A DNA stretch of 64,000 nt, taken from the NCBI GenBank assembly GCA_027622665.1, contig JAQBYT010000002.1, forward strand, positions 32,001 through 96,000, written 5' to 3'. The position numbers and the translations under genes are program-made. Below are positions 60,800 through 64,000 of this stretch, piece by piece. How positions within the stretch are numbered: position 1 is the stretch's first letter; each line of letters starts with the position of its first letter. The stretch comes from Verrucomicrobiota bacterium. GTDB taxonomy: Bacteria > Verrucomicrobiota > Verrucomicrobiia > Opitutales > Seribacteraceae. The notes beneath the pieces were generated by a model. That model was not told the DNA's origin, did no database searches, and saw only the letters and a list, made by a program, of their open reading frames with translations.

Positions 60800-62443
60800 A
60801 TGGATCAATCAGACGATAGTCGAATCCAAGGCAAACTGCTCTCCCTCTGGCATCGGGAGCGGCGGCTTCTACATGTCAAAGGAATTTGTTTGGCAATGCT
60901 TCTGATCGTGGGTTTGGTCCTTTTCGATCTCCTTTTGGACTGGCTTCTCGAACTCCCGGGCTGGATGCGTCTCGCTTTGCTTTGCTTAAACATCGGTTCA
61001 CTTTGTTGGCTCGCTTATCGTCACTGGTGGATGCATTTACGTAGTTTTGATCCGCTTCGGATGTCTCTCGCCGTCGAACGCCTGCATCCTAAGCTTAACA
61101 GTCTGCTGGTGACCTACCTGCAACTTCAGGCATCGGGCAAGGACTCACGGGCCGTATCGCGAGAGCTCATCACTGCTCTGCGTAAGCAGGCTATCGATGC
61201 CGCGGTACCGCTTGATTTTCGCGGAGTCGTCGATTTTCGTCGTTTGAGAAAACCGGCGTTGGCGGCAGTTGCAGTACTCTTGCTGTTTTTGGTCAGTACG
61301 ATTTTCATCGGCCCCTTCTATCGTGTGCTGGCATACCGAATGTCCGACTTTTCTACTGACCTCGGCTATCCTACGCGTACTCATATCGACTCGGTTACCC
61401 CTCGGCATCTTAAGGTTCGCCGAGGTGATCCAATTGAACTGGCGATTCAGGTCGCACTGGATAGCGAAGTTCCTGTCTTGGCTCTTCTTGAAATAAGTCA
61501 CGAGGATGGCCCTTGGGAGACTGTCGACGTAGCCAATGACGGAAAGGGTATCTTCGCCCATCGCCTTAGCCGGTGCACTCGTAGTTTTGTATTTCGTTTT
61601 CGCGCAGGGGACGCCAAGACGAAAGCGTACGCGATCGACGTCGTCCCTCCGCCACAGATCGTCGAATCCCTAGTCACCCTACGTTTTCCCGAATACACCG
61701 GAAAGAGACCGAAGGAAATCTCTTCGCTCAGTTTTGAGGCTCTTGAGGGTTCGACGATTGATTGGGAAATTCGTTGTGACCAATCTTTGGCCGGTGCCCG
61801 GTTTGTTCCTGATGCCGGCGAAGCGCTTGAGATGAAGGTCGACGCCAAGAATTCGCATATTGTTCGCTTGTCCATGCCGGCCAGCAATTCATTGGCCTAT
61901 GCCTTTCGTTGGACGGAGTTCGAGAATGGCTTCGTCTACGAGGAAGATGCTCGTCGCTCGATTCGAGTGACCGAGGACGAGACACCTCTGGTTGAACTTC
62001 TTCCACCGAAACCCTCGGAGAACGCCACGCTCAACAAAAGCCTAACAATCCGTTTCCGAGCTCGCGATGACTTCGGCCTTGTCAATGCCTCCATCGTTTA
62101 TTCGCTAAACGGAAAGCCCGAACTGGAGCATGCTCTGGGAGATCTTAACGGAAGCGTAATTTTGCGCGAGGTCGATTGGAAACCAGTCGACTGGGTCTCT
62201 GGTTTAAAGGAGGGCGACTACTTGACTTACGCAATCACGGTCACCGACAACTACCTCAGTGAAAAAGGACCTAACGTTGGTCGATCAGCGCCGCTCAAGC
62301 TGAGTTTCCTAACACGGGAAGACTACACGAAGACCATTCGGCAGACACGTGACGATCTCTTTAACCGCATTAAGGCAATTCAGGAAGATGAGATCGAGAG
62401 TTCCAGTTCACTGAAAACCTTGAAATCGAAGGCCAAGCAATGA
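60800..62443 (+). CDS. Membrane protein with Ig-like domains (DUF4175-like)
   Basis: TM helices, VER..P.L..LL.T, P.YT, ARDDFGL, TDN. Confidence 0.65.
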   Translation: MDQSDDSRIQGKLLSLWHRERRLLHVKGICLAMLLIVGLVLFDLLLDWLLELPGWMRLALLCLNIGSLCWLAYRHWWMHLRSFDPLRMSLAVERLHPKLNSLLVTYLQLQASGKDSRAVSRELITALRKQAIDAAVPLDFRGVVDFRRLRKPALAAVAVLLLFLVSTIFIGPFYRVLAYRMSDFSTDLGYPTRTHIDSVTPRHLKVRRGDPIELAIQVALDSEVPVLALLEISHEDGPWETVDVANDGKGIFAHRLSRCTRSFVFRFRAGDAKTKAYAIDVVPPPQIVESLVTLRFPEYTGKRPKEISSLSFEALEGSTIDWEIRCDQSLAGARFVPDAGEALEMKVDAKNSHIVRLSMPASNSLAYAFRWTEFENGFVYEEDARRSIRVTEDETPLVELLPPKPSENATLNKSLTIRFRARDDFGLVNASIVYSLNGKPELEHALGDLNGSVILREVDWKPVDWVSGLKEGDYLTYAITVTDNYLSEKGPNVGRSAPLKLSFLTREDYTKTIRQTRDDLFNRIKAIQEDEIESSSSLKTLKSKAKQ

Positions 62444-64000
62444 ACTTTTCAAAACTGGTTTTGGATTCTTGTTTCGCCTGTTTCCTGAGCGGCCTTTTCT
62501 CGGTCTTGACGTTCAATGACTTGGTCGGTGCCGATCCTGCCTCGTCAGGTGATCAGCCATGGTCCCAGGGTGTCCTGACTGAGGAGCAGCGACAAAACTA
62601 CATTTCCAATCGAGTCGCCAACGTATCATCCGAGTTTTCCGCACTGATAAAGGATCTCCGATCCAACGGATTGCTGGAGGAAAACGGCGGAGAAGAACTA
62701 CAGAACGCAATAGATGTGCTTGGTAAAGTAAAGGATTCCAATATTGAACAAGCTATCATCAGTTTGCGAGAGGCTCGCGAACAGCAGAAATCGGCGCGAT
62801 TGCACATTGCCAAGGCCGATGATGAGGTCGAAATTACGGTAAGTGACCTGACCGATTTATTGCGCCTATCCAATGCTTTGGGTTCAAGCCAGTTCCTTAG
62901 GCAAGAGATTAGACGCTTGCTTAGCCATGAAGAGATTTTGTGGATCGATTGCAAGGCGCTTGGGCGCGCTCAGTTGGAGGGCGCTACAATCAAGCCCGTC
63001 GATCTCGTGGAGGCTGCTACGACCCAGTCCGATTTGGCCGCTCTTGCTGCGAAACTTCGGCCTATGTTTCTCGAGGTAGCTAAGGGAGTCACTGATCTTG
63101 AAGAGCGTTCGCTTATTAAAAAGGCGGGCATACTCTTTGTTGAGGGCCAAGTTGAAATATTGCTTGCGAGTGCTGCGGAGAACATCACTCAGGGCAACCT
63201 TCTCGGTGCAGTAACGCCCCAAAAAGAGGCCATCGACGTGTTGTTGGCTATTGATCGGTTGCTGGGAGAGGGCGAAACCGATGGTATGGGAGATCTATAT
63301 CGGATGATCGCCGCCCTTCAGGAAATTCTTAGGAAACAACGCGATTTGAGAAAGCTTACGGAAACCGCGCCGCAGGCTGAATTTGCCAGTCGCCAGCGAC
63401 AGTGGCAAAGCCTGCAACGAGATCTGCGAAGCGAATTGGCCCGCATCGACACAAAACCGTTTGCCCCTGTAGGTGTTGATGCGGACGCCGGAAGGACTAA
63501 CCCGCTATTAGATGCCGGCGAGGCCATGGAGCAGGCGGAAGACACCCTAGGCGCATCGCAGCAAAAAGCTGCCATTGGACATCAGCTTAATGCGGAAGCC
63601 GAGTTGGAGCGAGCGATAGCGATGCTTCAAAAGAAAATTGATGAAAAGCAAAAGCCGAATTCCGGAAAGGCCGATCCTGTCGAGGCCATGATAAAGTTCG
63701 CTGGTTTACTGAAACAACTCGAAGAAGACCAAAGGGCTTTGCGTAAGGAGACTCAAGGAATGGCTGCCAATAAACAAGAGGTGAATTCCCGGGCTGCGCC
63801 ACAGGACCAACTGATTGAACGAATCATCTTGCTGGGGCAAATGCCTGAGGCGGAACCGGCGACTATTAAGCGAACTCTACGTAAGGCTTATTCTGCCATG
63901 GAAGAAGCCTTATCCGCATTGAAGAAAAATGATTCCGTTGTTGCCGTTCCAGCCCAAATTAGGGCTGAAGAGGCTCTTGCCGAAGCCAGGGCGGCCGCTG
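62440..64000 (+). CDS. Coiled-coil protein of the MoxR operon (3' end off window)
   Basis: ATG at 62440 overlapping the upstream TGA; MNFSKLVLD...; long A/E/Q/L-rich helical frame; not in the ORF track. Confidence 0.7.
   Translation, partial: MNFSKLVLDSCFACFLSGLFSVLTFNDLVGADPASSGDQPWSQGVLTEEQRQNYISNRVANVSSEFSALIKDLRSNGLLEENGGEELQNAIDVLGKVKDSNIEQAIISLREAREQQKSARLHIAKADDEVEITVSDLTDLLRLSNALGSSQFLRQEIRRLLSHEEILWIDCKALGRAQLEGATIKPVDLVEAATTQSDLAALAAKLRPMFLEVAKGVTDLEERSLIKKAGILFVEGQVEILLASAAENITQGNLLGAVTPQKEAIDVLLAIDRLLGEGETDGMGDLYRMIAALQEILRKQRDLRKLTETAPQAEFASRQRQWQSLQRDLRSELARIDTKPFAPVGVDADAGRTNPLLDAGEAMEQAEDTLGASQQKAAIGHQLNAEAELERAIAMLQKKIDEKQKPNSGKADPVEAMIKFAGLLKQLEEDQRALRKETQGMAANKQEVNSRAAPQDQLIERIILLGQMPEAEPATIKRTLRKAYSAMEEALSALKKNDSVVAVPAQIRAEEALAEARAAA

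Overview
Bacterial DNA, most likely PVC superphylum (Verrucomicrobiota/Planctomycetota), judged from gene content: DUF1552/PSD cytochrome pairs, many sulfatases, DUF1080, DUF4838 and a MoxR-BatA operon. (1) 1-9160: two back-to-back, divergent integron-type gene-cassette arrays with attC hairpins and matching R'/R'' boxes; I recognise no integrase in the window. The left (minus) array carries a HEPN/AbiU2-like gene, a Sir2-like gene broken by one stop, two lipoproteins and a small membrane protein. The right (plus) array carries an ICMT-family methyltransferase, four intact type II toxin-antitoxin pairs and a broken lipoprotein, and is bracketed by a 30-bp palindromic direct repeat. (2) About 9.2-43.5 kb: an eroded island for sulfated/acetylated glycan use, with three DUF1552 + di-heme PSD modules, a DUF4838 pair, SASA and SGNH esterases, three intact sulfatases, ThuA and FG-GAP proteins, IS remnants and many co-oriented gene-fragment fusions. 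(3) 43.7-49.1 kb: MYG1, ABC-F and two DUF1080 genes. (4) 49.2-64 kb: a GntR/LacI-type regulator divergent from an FGE-fold/beta-helix/discoidin protein and a MoxR-DUF58-BatA-vWA operon that runs off the end. I recognised no rRNA, tRNA or CRISPR array. All family calls come from motif recognition by eye, not database searches.
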